Shown in pieces: positions 36,797 through 49,791 of a stretch of 64,000 nt of DNA. Source of the DNA: Vicugna vicugna (lineage: Eukaryota); assembly GCA_013265495.1 (NCBI GenBank), contig MU058103.1, positions 560,001 through 624,000 of the forward strand. The letters are read 5' to 3'. The notes below the pieces were generated by a model. It had not been told where the DNA came from, made no database searches, and worked only from the letters and a program-made list of their open reading frames with translations. The translations under genes and the position numbers were made by a program. The first letter of the stretch is position 1. The number at the start of each line of letters is the position of its first letter.

Positions 36797-38488
36797 AAAA
36801 AAAAAAAAAAGACACACAGGGACCATTAGATTAAAGTTGAGAGTCTAGAAATAAATCAGTATACCTTTGATCAATTGTTTTGCCACAAGAGGTACAAGAG
36901 TGTTCAGTAAAGAAAGAACTGTCTTTACAATAAATGGTACAGAAACACCTGGATTACCAAATACAACAGAATGAAGTTAGACCTATACCTCAAAGTCTTT
37001 ACAAAAATTAACGTTTTTTCACATTTACAAAAAAACCTGCAGAATAATCTGTACAATCAAAATAATAATATAATTAAAATAGTTACTAATGATCAACAGA
37101 AAGTAGATTAGTGGTTACTTAGGATTGTAGAGGGATGGAGGAAATGGGGAATGACTGCTAATGGGCATAGATTTATTTTAGGGAGAATAAAATTTCCAAG
37201 ATTAAATGTTGGTGATGATTATACAATGTTTGAATATACTTTTAAAAACATTGAATGGTGCATTTTAAATAGATGAATTGTATGGTATTGCATTATTTCT
37301 CAATAAACCTGGGAACAAAAACCAAGCGCACACACACAAAGAATCACCTGAGAACTCCTGTGGATACTGAACACTGACACTCTTAATTATCTGAATAGTC
37401 TCTATCCCTACTCTTTTCCAAAACTGTCTTTTCCCTTTGAGATGAAATTATTATTTGACACTACTTTATCCTTCTGAAAATTTTTTATTTTAAAATTGTA
37501 GCCACATATTTTGCACTTCCTTTCCTTCTGTTGCTATTCCCAAGGGACATGTAATACTCTGTATGGGAACAAATAATTATTTCATTATGTAAAAATAAAT
37601 GAAATTGCTGCTGTTGGCAACAGAATTAAAACCAGCAAATCTTGGTTGGCTTCTTCTCAAAGGCTAGTTTTGGAGATTTTATTTTTTAAGATGAGTAAAT
37701 AAGTGATTTTAAGTGTCAATACAGTTATATGCCTGTCAGGAAACATGATTCTATTTATTCTAATTGAGCTCCAGTGAATTCTAAGCACTGTTAGTCTGCC
37801 TATTATAAGCTGTTAAGGAAAATGTCAAGGAGAAGCAAGCAAACTACTACCAAAGGCAAGTGAAGCAATATAACTGGGGGACTTTGTTATCTGGGACTAC
37901 AGTTCCCTCCAGTTTCAGAATGGCACCTGACATGGAGGAGATTTTGCAGGCTGGTCTTCACAGTTGCTGTCGAGCAAACGTCAGCTTTTCTTGCTGTTCA
38001 ACCTGGATGCAACCTAGGGGTTGGGAAGGGTAATGGATGGTGTTGGGGGAGGACTTTTCCTTTTGTATATGGGAAAGTTTGCTGTCACTTAGATACTTCA
38101 CCATTGAGTCAACATGTAGTAGTTAGTTTTTAAAAAGCATTAATTTCCTTTCAAGTAGCATATACTTTAAGTGAAAAATGTTTGCCTGAAAACTGACAAA
38201 ACCTTCATAGCATTCCTACTTATGTGTATTGTTTGTAATTGGCATTTTAATGCAGAAAGAAATACATTGATATACAAATGAAAAAAAAAACATGAAATGG
38301 AAATACTGAAATTTATAACACCAATCCAGTGCTTCTCTTTGTTCCCTGAAACTCATCTGTCCTCCAGTGTTGCAGAACACATGTTGAACTTTGGTCAGCA
38401 TTCCCTACTGGGGAAATATATAACAACCATCCTCAAATATGCCAACCAATGTCTTACCGCACTGCCTTTTAAAGTGTTATTCCCTTTC

Positions 38489-38998
38489 TATACAATGGAA
38501 TACTACTCAGCCATAAAAAAGAATAAGCTAACACCATTTGCAGCAAGAATGGAGATGGACCTAGAGAGCATCATTCTAAGTGAAGCAAGCCAGAAAGAGA
38601 ACACAATGCAATGTGATATCACTTATATGTGGAATCTAAAAAAAAAACAAAAACCAAAAAACCACACAAACACACACATATACAAATGAGCTTATTTACA
38701 AAACTAAACAGACTCACAGACATAGGAAAAAACTCATGGTTACCAGGGGGAAGGGAGTGGGAAGGGATTAATTGGGAGTTCAAGATTTGCAGATGTTAAT
38801 TACTATATATAAAATAGATCAAGAACAAGTTTATACTGTATAGCACAGGGGACTACATTCAATATCTTGTAGTAACCTACAATAAAAAAAGAATATAAAA
38901 AGAAATATATGTATGTGTATGTAAGACTGAAACTTTATGCTGTACACCAGAAATTGACACAACATGGTGAATTGACTATACTTCAGTTAAAAAAAAAA
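38489..38998 (+). mobile_element. L1 3' end (artiodactyl-type), 5'-truncated, inserted in an L2
   Basis: Peptide YTMEYYSAIKKN...DLESIILSE; 3' UTR actgtatagcacagggg; poly(A); decayed TSD at 38471-38488 and 38996-39013. Confidence 0.9.
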
Positions 38999-40945
38999 GC
39001 ATTGTTTCCTTTTCCTAAAATAACCTCTCTCCTCTTTACCGCCTGATGAAACTTCCTCTCATTCTTCAAAACCCTGAGCAAGTACCGCTGGGAAGTTTTC
39101 CACAATCCCTCAAAGCACAGCAGATCCCACTACAGTCAATGTGTATCCCTCCCTCTGGTGCCCTCCTCACACTGGGTTACGTGCCCAGGTCGGTGCTCTA
39201 TTTCATGTGTTTATCATAGTAGTTAGCCTGCTGTATTTTAAACAAAAGGATTATTTTCTGTTTCCTCAAAATGAATTCAGTATTTTTATATTCTATTTAT
39301 ATTACGTATTCATTCACACTTACATTTTCCTTATTCATCCTTTGCTTCTCTGGCTAAATTTTAAGTTTTATGAAAACAAGAAATGTGTTTTCTATCACTA
39401 TATTTCTACAAGGACTCTAAGATAAAGATATCTTCTATTTGTATAGCGTTTTATAGTTTAACTAGTGTCTTCATGTTTGTTTTCTTTTAAATGTTTATAA
39501 TAACCTGGTGAAGTTGTGGTCTTATTTTCATTTTGCTCTGGGGAAATAAAGGGAGCTTGGTCATTTGTCCAGATGTGCATTGTGGTCAAATGACCGCAAA
39601 GTGGTTGCAGAATTGGTAATTTGAAATCAGGTTTTCTGAAAGCAGGTAAGGGCCTTCCTCTTGTGACCAAATAATTTTTTTTCCAATAAGACTCTCACTG
39701 AAAATGCCAGTAAGTCTATGATCAAATGGCTTTATATCTTTATATATATTTATTTCAATCACAGTACATTTTATTGTTATTTTTAGGCAAATACTCAATG
39801 GCAGTATGTTGTCTCAACCAGTGAAATACTTGATTCAATTTAATTTCAAAATTCCAAAGTTTATGTTTTAATTAAAAATATATTTTTAGAATTTAGATGC
39901 TATGCTTGTTTTTAGGAGAAAGTGGAAACTATCATAAAAAGATTAATCTTTAAACATTTTTGGATATAAAATGATATATGTTGACTGTGGAAAGTTGAGA
40001 AACTGTAAAGATAAATGATCCCATAAGATGGAGCTTAATAGTGTAAATATTTTGGTATTTTTTTTCATATTTTTTATTTGTTTGCATGTCACATTGTTCT
40101 TGTAAGTGGTTTGAAATCCTCCATAGCCATTATAGGGGCCTAGAAAAGATCAGAGGTGCAATTTTTTGAGTATTAATTGCTCTAAATTATGTTTAGAAAC
40201 CTAGGTCTTCATTTTTTTAAATTTATTTTTCCAAAGTTTGACAAATTTATAATCTGGCATGTTTTAAAAATTCAATTGTAGAGTGTCTTTGATAATATTT
40301 GAGCCAGTTACAAAGACTGTCAAGTTACTTCAGCTATTTTAGACTACAATTACAAATGTATGTATTTGATTTCCATTTTTAAATGCTTCCATTTTCAAAC
40401 TTAATAAAGAGCACTCCCAAAGGACTTAAATCTAGTAAGTTAATTTCACAAATATGAGAAATCTCATGTTCCAAGGTTATGTACAAACTTAGAAAGATTC
40501 TGTTAAAAATTACAGCTAAGATAATTACTCAATTACATATGGTAATTTGGCTTCAAAAAGCTGAACATTTTTCTAATAGGCCAAATTATTTTAAACATTA
40601 CAAATCTTTAAAATGTAAAATACCCATCTGTTCTTTTGTAGGCATTGAATATTTAATATATAGTTTTAATTTTCTTATTTAAAAAATAATGTTTATTCAC
40701 TTATAAAGTAATTATATTATCCGAGTTGATGGACAAGCTTCTCAGCATGTAAATGTTCAATGATGGGCAAAGAATTGGGCTGAAACTGATTGAACTCATC
40801 CTGGAGCCTTTGCCGAGATACACTGAGCCCTATATATGCTATGTGTCAAGGACTTCATGACAAAGAAGGCTCAGTGTTACAATCCTCAGAACTTACGTAG
40901 TTCAAGACCCTAATCTACACAGGTACTTTTTGTTTTGCTTTGTTT

Positions 40946-41105
40946 ATTTTTATTTATTTTTAACACCTTTATTGTGGTGTGGTTCCTGCACAGTAATCTA
41001 CACATATTTCAGATGTACAGTTTGATGAATTTTGATAGATATATACACCCATGAAACCACCACCACAAACAAGGTAGCTAACATTTCCATCACTCCCCAA
41101 GAGGT
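40946..41105 (-). mobile_element. Older L1 (L1MB-like) 3' terminus
   Basis: tgtacagtttgatgaattttga...cacccatgaaaccaccacc...aacatttccatcactcccc. Confidence 0.8.
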
Positions 41106-41331
41106 GCAATTTTCAAATTTCCAATTTATTCTTTCCCACCCCCTTTAACACCTGGTAACCATAAGTTTGTTCTCTATTTCTGTGAGTCTGTTTCTATTTT
41201 GTAGATAAGTTCATTTGTGTCTTTTTTTTTTTTTTTTAGATTCCACATATAAGCAAAATCATATGGCATTTTTCTTTCTTTTAATGGCTTACTTCGCTTA
41301 GAATGACAATCTCCAGGTCCATCCATGTTGC
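41106..41331 (-). mobile_element. Younger L1 fragment (ORF2 end and proximal 3' UTR)
   Basis: ttagattccacatataagc; cttagaatgacaatctccaggtccatccatgttgctgc; same type as 38489-38998. Confidence 0.85.
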
Positions 41332-41341
41332 TGCTTTGTTT

Positions 41342-41877
41342 TACTTTAGTTGAAATATAATTGACATACAACACTTCATTGGTTTCTGGTATACAATGTA
41401 ATTATTTGGTATTTGTACCCATTGTAAAATGATCACCCCAGTAAGTCTAATTACCATCTGTCACCATACAAAGTTTCAGAATTTTTTTTTCTTGTGATGA
41501 GAGCAACTTTCAAATTTGTAATACAGTATGATTGACTATAGTCAGCATGCTGTATATTACATCTCCATGACTTAGTTATGTATAAATGAAAGTTTGTACC
41601 TCTTGATCCCCTTCATCCATTTTGCCTACCCCCAGCCCTGCTCCCCTCTGTCAACTGCCAATCTCTTCTCTGAATCTATGAGTTTGATTTTGTTATGTTT
41701 TATTGGTTCATTGGTTTCTGCTTTTTAGATTCCACATATGTATGATATCAAAGGTATTTGTCTCACTCTGTATGACTTATTTTATTTAGTGTAATACCCA
41801 CAAGGCCCACCCATGTTGTCACAAATTGCAAGATTTCATGTTTTTTATGGCTAAGTAATATTCCATTGTATGTATGT

Positions 41878-41911
<34 letters not shown>

Positions 41912-42405
41912 CTCTATATATTCTTTATCCATACATCCATTCTTGGATGCTTAGGTTGTTTCCATATCTTGGCTACTATAAGTAATGCTGCAGTGAACAT
42001 AGGGGTGCTTACATCCTTTTGAATTAGTGCTTTCATTTTTTGAATAAATACCCCAGAGTGGAATTGCTGAATTATATGACAGTTCTATTTTCAGTTTTTT
42101 TGAGGAATCTCCATACTATTTTCCATAGTGGCTGCATCAGTTTACATTCCCATCAACAGTGCATGAAGGTTCCCTTTTCTCAACATCTTTGCCAACAGTT
42201 GTTATTTGTTGTCTTTTGGATAATAGCCATTCTAGCAAGTGTGAGGTGATACTGCATTGTGGTTTTGATTTGCATTTCTCTGATGATTAGTGAGATTGTG
42301 CATCTTTCCATGTGTCTTTTGGTCATCTGTATATCTTCTTTGGGAAAAAAAAAGTCTATTCAGATACTCTGACCATTTTTACTGAGTTGTTTGATTTTTT
42401 GTTAC
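41342..42405 (-). mobile_element. L1 (L1MA-like) 3' segment
   Basis: gttgaaatataattgacatacaac terminus; gtggttttgatttgcatttctctgatgattagtga; similar to 53553-54713. Confidence 0.9.
41879..41909. repeat. (CA)n microsatellite inside L1
   Basis: Direct reading. Confidence 0.95.
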
Positions 42406-42931
42406 AAAAGATTCCAAATGGCCAAAGCAATCCTGAGAAAGAACAAAGCTGGAGGCATCACAGTCCCAGATTTCAAACCATATTGCAAAGCTATAGTAAT
42501 CAAAACAGTATAATATTGACATAAAAATAAACATATAGATCAATGAAACAGAATAGAGAGCCCAGAAAAAAAACACATTATACGGCCAATTAATTTACTA
42601 CAAAGGAGCCAAGAGTATATAATGGGAAAAGGACAATCTCTTCAATAAATGGTATTGAGAAAACTGAACAGCCACATGAAAAATAGTTAAATTGGGTCAT
42701 TATTTTATACCATACACAAAATGTAACTCAAAATGAATTAAAGACTTAAATGTAAGACTAGAAACCATAAAACTCTAGAAGAAAATATAGTTGGTAAGCT
42801 CCTTGTCATCGTACTTGGCAATATTGTTTTACATCTGACTCCAAAGGTAATGGTGACAAAAGCAAAAATAAACAAATGGGACTACATCAGACTTACAAAG
42901 CTTCTGCACAGTGAAGGAAACCATAACAAAA
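42406..42931 (+). mobile_element. L1 ORF2 fragment, inverted 5' segment of the 41342 element
   Basis: gccaaagcaatcctgagaaagaacaaagctggaggcatcaca...gcttctgcacagtgaaggaaacc. Confidence 0.9.
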
Positions 42932-45049
42932 TATACAGGACGTTTTCAACCTACTCAGTCTACTGAATGTCTTGTTTAGTTTTTGTATTTCTTTGGCTAA
43001 GATATTAAACTACCTTCCTCTTGCCTCTAAACAACTTTAAAACAGATAGAATTGTCAGAAGTGTTCTTGTGTAAGAAAGGACCTCATTGTCCTCCTAGAC
43101 ACTAAAATGATATCCATTTTGATTCTGCTGATACCAAGGCTATGTTTGAATCTTTGGTCACAACTTCAGTATCATACTACTGACATGCCTGTGTATATTT
43201 ACATGATTGAAAACATCCTGATGGTTTCACTTACCATTATGCTATTAGTATTTTTCATATCATTGGAATTATATATTACTGGTCTTGAATATCTACATAC
43301 ATCTTACCCATTACTCAATTATATTAAGACTTTCTTGATTTTCAAAATTATATAAAATAACTTGATGAGATAAAATTACTGGGTCCAATGATATAAAAAT
43401 CTTTGAAGACTTTTATACTTATTGACAAATTGCTTTTCAAAATCCTGCTACCCTGGAATTCCTGATTTTTTTTTCCTCAGGTCTTTTTCTATAGGCATAT
43501 GTTTTTCACCAAAATTATATTCTTAATGCATATTTGGTTTGATATGCTGCTTCCAAATTAAACATTTAATCTTGAGGTTTTTTTTCATGTCACTAATACT
43601 CTTGAAGAATATAATTTGTATTAGCTGTATAATATTCCATTACAGGTTGCATCATCATATAATTAGCCTATTCATATTTTGCTTGCATTTGTTTCTACTA
43701 TAAGTAATGTTTTCATATAATTCACAAACAAGTATATGATTTTAAAAATTTATTTTAATTAAGGATGTGAACTTAGTAAAAAGACCATCCTGCTTCTATG
43801 TAGAATTCTAGAACCTACCCTACACTATAGTCTTAAGACCCTATAAATATAGAAGCTGCTTAAAGCTAGAATTATTATTCATTTTGTATTAGTATCATCC
43901 ACCACAACATCTGATATATAATGAAATGTTAATTTTTGTTATGTAAATGAATCAATATAATTGGCATAACCTATTTAATATCTAATATAATCAAACTTGT
44001 TGGTCATTTAATGTATGGAAAATTTTAAAATGAATGTCAAGTAGGGTGTTTCGTTTTGTCTTACTTGTTTTGTCATCTGTTTAATTCAAAAAAGCAAGAG
44101 TTTGAGTATGTTTTTCAAGAATGAGTGGTCATTGCTTGAGGGCTAATAACTAGCAACTTCCTCTTGCGCATTCAACTTCCTTCCTCTGGTCATTAATCTT
44201 GCAGGGATTCTTTATACCTTGATCATTACTGCATGATAAAGGGAGTGAGCACAAAATGAAAGATCACCACACTTCACCATCTGAGACCCACACTTGCACA
44301 AGACTCCGTATTTGTCAGCTCTTGAGAGCTCTGTCTAAACTCAATGATGAGCAAAAAGAGAATAGTTGATGGATTCATTGATGCAACTCCATTTTGATAA
44401 CTCCTTAATATTGGTTTGGCTCATGTTCCTGTCATCATAAAGCACCCTATTGTGTAAGCTAATTGAAACCTCACAAAGTGGTATCACTGGAATAGCGTGA
44501 TTGCAAGCAACTCTTAATTCCCAATGTCAAGATCGCATTTCACTTCCTAGATACATGGGTCAGAACATGAAAAGGATTAATTTCTCGATTACTCTGCTGC
44601 TAGAGCATGAAATGTACTTCATAGCATGTGGGCTCTTTGTATATTTGCTAATCTGCCTCATTGGCAATTGTTTTGAGGGTACTCTGATGCATTTTAATGA
44701 GCATTTAAAAGAACTATCCTTTTACTTACAAAACATAAGCCAGTGATTCAGATAATGCTAAAAGCCATATCTCTTGAGATTGTGTATATTTGTGTGAATG
44801 TGTGTGTGTGTTTACAAGATTAATTCAGTCAGCTCCCTTGCTGGTTGCTTAAAACAACAATGCGTTCACACTAGTACTTTGAGGGATGTAAGCATTTAAC
44901 AATTAAATTTGCAAAGAGTGATAGCCTAGTATAAAAAACAAAACATCATACAATAAATTTCCTTATTAGATCTCTTTAGTCCTCCTGTGTATTTTAACTA
45001 TTTGAAAAGTCAACTGTCATTACATTCATATTAACTCCTATATGGGACA

Positions 45050-45165
<116 letters not shown>

Positions 45166-46329
45166 AAAAAAAATACAATGTATTTTTCCTCTTGGTGGAT
45201 CCATTTGTACACAATGCCAACATAGCTTCCTTAACACTGAATAATTCAATAAAACAACTAGTTTTTGGATCTGGAAAGCATTCACAAACCATATTGACTT
45301 AAGGAGTTGTGTTGATTTTTGCTGACCCTGTCTTAACAAAGTTCAATGCTCAGTAGTTCCAAGTATTTCCCCCTCAATATAGTAGATAGAATTCTGTTTC
45401 ACACTGAGCTGGAATTTTTCAAAGGTAAAAAACAGTGAATCAATGTTTCAGAAAACCTGTAGAAATTCCTGTAATTTTATAAACAAGAGATGGAATATAT
45501 TCTCTTTTTAGAGGTTCACACTGTTAATTTCCTCTTGTTCTAATGTCTTTATGGTCTTTGGTACATTGTAATTAACATGCCTATGTGTGCATTTTGTCAG
45601 CTTTTTATGAATATGCCAATTTGTGCTTCTAATAAAACTATAGTAAGTATTTATCCAACTGTATATCACTATGTTGTGTCAATCACCAGATTCTTTACAT
45701 TTTTTTTAAACTCAAAAGAAATCTTATTTATCGTTTGCTTCAAAAATTTTAAAGGGCTCAGCAGGCAATTTGCATATGTCACTAGTTTAACTGAGCAAAG
45801 ATTAGCAAATTAAATCTTAATTAGCTAATTTTTGCATAATTTTAGGGAAATTATATGCTTTGTGCAGATGATAGGTGGGAGGTAAGGCATTTAACTTGTA
45901 TTGAATTGAAGTTTTCCTTGACTTTATGAATTTTAATAGAAAAATAACATTTAACAGTTAAAATGCATGTCAAACTGAATAGATCCTATCTGGAGCCATG
46001 AAAATAAGAAATTATTTTATGAAAGAGAACCAGCAATAGACATGGAAGTATTCCTACTACTACATACATAAGAATTATTTTGAAATTAAGGGGATTTTTT
46101 TCAAATAGGTTTTATGGTTCCTGGTATATGTTCTGGATTGTAATACAGTGATAAGTTAATGGAATGTGAATGTTAATTCACAATTCACACATGAATTTAG
46201 AATTAAGTCACAGCTGGTTTTAAGTCTTTATATGGGATGTTTGGTAGTGCTGCGTAACCGTAATTATAATTGTACCAGCTCACATACCAGGGGAGGTGGT
46301 ATGCAGCGGCCTTCAGATCCCTTGGCCTG

Positions 46330-46680
46330 ATGCCCCAAGCTGTTTCTCAACATTATGCTGCTTCCTCTTTCTGAACTGTCTTTCTCCCACTACTCTTCAC
46401 ACTTCACCATGGTATCAAATCATCCTTCAAAGTTCAGTAAAGCATTTGTATAGAGGAGGTCTTTATTCATCCTGTTCTATCTTGCTAATGATTTAGCGCT
46501 CTTCTTTGTTCCCAGATTCCATGTGCATTTATTTTTTAATTATTGCACTAACCACACTGTACTATAATTGATAAATCTTTTTCTGCACCCTCTTTACTGG
46601 CCCCTTAAAGCAAGGACTGTATTTTATCCATCTATGCATCCTTTCAGTAGAAGTTCATTGAATAAATTAAGAAATAAACC
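46330..46680 (+). mobile_element. L2 3' fragment
   Basis: tcatccttcaaagttcag; gcaaggactgtattttatccatctatgcatcc; ttgaataaat tail. Confidence 0.55.
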
Positions 46681-46999
46681 CATTCTGTCATATATTAACC
46701 CCCTAAAAATCATTCAGTTAAACTTAAAACCATTCTGAAAATCATCTTTGAATGAAAGCTGTGGATTTAATATTTTATTAGAAGGACAAGTTCCTGCTAC
46801 TTAACGTTGCACTTGTTTTCACGAGGCTCACTCATATGAGTCGTGACATGTTAGGTCTATACAACATATAGTGAAGGTCACCATGATATTAGAGATTAAT
46901 ATTTCACTTTCTGAGATCACACAAGGTCCTCAGAAATCAGACAGGAAAAATTATCATCACTGAGTCAAGCTGGAAAATTCTTTATTTGACCAACATACC

Positions 47000-47900
47000 T
47001 TTCTTCTCCCTCAGGCCAACTCCTCGACCTTCGTACTGAATCTGACCCCTCCTCACCTCTTCTCAGATTTCAGTTCAGCAAGTGTTCCCTTTCTCTTCTG
47101 TGTCATAAATAGTTTGGTCTTTATTTGATCATTTCTGTCACACACAAATGTGCTTTTCTGTTTCCTGTCTTTAAAAAAATAAAAACTTTCCTCAAATCCA
47201 CATTCTTCTGCTGTGACCTCACTACTCTACTCCACTTTACAACCAAACTCCTCAGAAGAGCTGCCTCCTCTTCTTTCCTGTTGTCCCTGCTCAGTTTCTC
47301 CTGAGCCCACCTCAGCGAGGCTTGTATGCTTGGCTCTGCTGAGCACCTCTTATCATCCTCATCACTGAGCTCATTGATGCTCAATGCAATGGACAATTTT
47401 TGGTCTTCATCTCACCTTGCTTTTAGCAGGGTTTCATAGAATTAACCAACCCTTCTTCTTTCGATTATTATAATTACTTGGCTTCAAAGCACCATTCTCT
47501 ATTGTTCCACTTCCTACCTCACTGGCAATTCCTTTACAGTGCACTTGGTTGGTTCTTCCTCATTGATTCCACATCTAACTGTCGGAAAACCCTAGGGTTT
47601 TATCCTTGGACATATCATCTTCTCCATATACATCATTCCCTGGGAAGTCTCATCCAGCAGCATCATGTTTGGTTTTTTTAATTGTTTCAAATATCATTAG
47701 ATGCTAATCATCCCCCATTTATAGCTACACTCCAAATCCTCCGTGCACTCCAGAGCCCTACATCTGATAGCTTACCCAAATATCTCTAGTTGAGCAGCTC
47801 TTAGGGATCTCCAACTGAAATTATCCACAGTTTATCCCTTGATCCCCAAATATAAACGTCCTCTTTCCACAGTATTCTCCACCCAGAAAATGTCATCTTT
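47000..47900 (+). mobile_element. L2 internal fragment
   Basis: caatggacaattttggtcttcatctcacc; ttggcttcaaagcacc; gatgctaatcatccccc. Confidence 0.65.
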
Positions 47901-48679
47901 TCCTGACTTCCACACCTTCACTTCAAGTTTTTAGTTTCTGTTTATAATTTGATTCTAATAGCTAATTCTGTAAAGGGCACTATATGTTCCATTTCTGTAA
48001 TAGAGATTTTCATTTTATATGTTAGACAATTTATTTATGTTTGCTAAACATTTCCTGCTACTGTCATGTTTCTTAGGTTTTTAGTTACTTCCTCAATGTG
48101 CTCGCCTCTAACTGTGCATAAATAGTTTTGTCTTTTTTCCCCTTTGATGGGAGAGAAACAAACCTTATTGCTTCTGATATGGAATATGAATTTAATTTAA
48201 ATTATGTGAGGAAATAGCCCCAATATGTTGGTTTTAAAAATGCATGTCAACATTTGGCATTTGGATATTCTATGTAAATGCAAGCTTTTAGCAGAATTCC
48301 AACTGAACAAATTACAGTTTTTGACTATAATTTATGGGAACTATGTAAATATCTACAACTTTATAGCCAGTGTTTCCTAAACTAGTCATGAATTACTAAT
48401 TGCCTTTTTCAGCTACAGGATATGCAAATATATTTTCACAGAAAAGGAATACTAAAAAACTACAGAGACCATTTGGTTAAAAATAAATGATGGCACTGAA
48501 TGCTTTACCTACCAGGAGAGGGCACTGTCTTTCTTTGACCTGCTAACTTATTATTGAGCTATCTAAGTTTGATGAAAACTGGAAATTCCAAAGAAATACC
48601 CTTGAATGAAAAACTGGCTTTAGACATCAGTCAGGTACATGGCCACCTTCATGAAAAGCAGCTCAACAGAAAGAAATTG

Positions 48680-48880
48680 AGTTTGAAATCATCAGATTGG
48701 GATTTGACACAAAGTTCCTGTTCCTAACCAATTCTAGAACTTTGGACAATTGATTAACTTGTCTAAGCCTCAGTTTACTCATCTGTAAAAGCAGTACAAT
48801 AAAAGCAATGTTGACAGATTTAATGAAATACTATATTAGAATTCTGATTCAGTGTCTTATACATAATGCTTTGTTGCTAT
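48680..48880 (+). mobile_element. MIR SINE
   Basis: ttggacaattgattaacttgtctaagcctcagtttactcatctgtaaaa MIR core. Confidence 0.75.
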
Positions 48881-49791
48881 TATGAGAATGATGCTGATGC
48901 TGATGATTTGATTAAGCCTTAGTAAGAAGATCTATTGAATTATTCTGTCATCATGTTTTTCTGCAACTCTTTTATTTTTGTAACATTTTAAGTCTTCAGA
49001 AAATCTGAAAAAATAAGCATTTGTATAACCATTATTTAGAATCACCGGGAGCTAACATTTTGCCACATTTGCTTTATCTCTCACTCATGAGAGAGACAGA
49101 AAAGCTCGCCACTGAGACTTTCCCATGTAACTAAGAGAAGCTTGTCTCCAGGGGATGTCTTCATCTACCCATTTGTTCCTTAATTCATTCCCTCAGCAAA
49201 TATTTATTGAACCACTACAATGGGTGAGGAACTAACACTTCTAAATAGTGAATACAACTAACTGAAATCTACGTCACATTTTCTCTTTATACATATCTTA
49301 AGGTGACAAGGCCCATGATCAGAGAAGATCCCAATTTTCTCAAACATTTTGTTGCTTAAATTCCTCCCCGGAGCCAAACAGCCCAAATGGAAAAATAATT
49401 CAAAAGGTGAACTCACCTACTTTGATTCTTCCTATTTATATCCATTCTCAAAAGATACTATAAATGGTCCCAACAAATGCCTTTAGCAAGAAATTCAATA
49501 GTCTTCTGAAAATCACTATGCAAACAGTCATTTTCTTCAAGGAGACAGTCTAAGTTTCCTTTGTAGAGAATTGCCATGAGGACAAATTCAACCATTGTTT
49601 CCTGCCCTTCAAATCTCCATCAGTCATACAATCATTTAGATATATACAAATGAGGACTCACCTCACAGTAAAGTATAGGGAAGGTATCTCTCACAGTGAC
49701 ACTCCAGTGCTAAATCTTAACAGAAATTTCCAGGTGACTTGCAAGGAGACTTTCCAGTCTAGGGAGTAAAACTGTGTTTCTTTGACTAGCC

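Larger units (their letters stand above)
33192..37312 (+). mobile_element. Old LINE-1 (L1M-type), internally deleted, host to nested insertions
   Basis: 5' end gacttcaagaatgatgg; ORF 34572-34775 is ORF2p endonuclease-like (INQLDLIGIYRALH...SKRNYMLGHKTSLNKF); RT-region DNA at ~35400-36700; 3' UTR ending ctcaataaa at ~37306. Confidence 0.9.

Noticed and set aside
33181..37353. TSD for the 33.2-37.3 kb L1 (aaagattatctgtgaga vs aaagaatcacctgaga)
   Set aside because: Too diverged to call with confidence.
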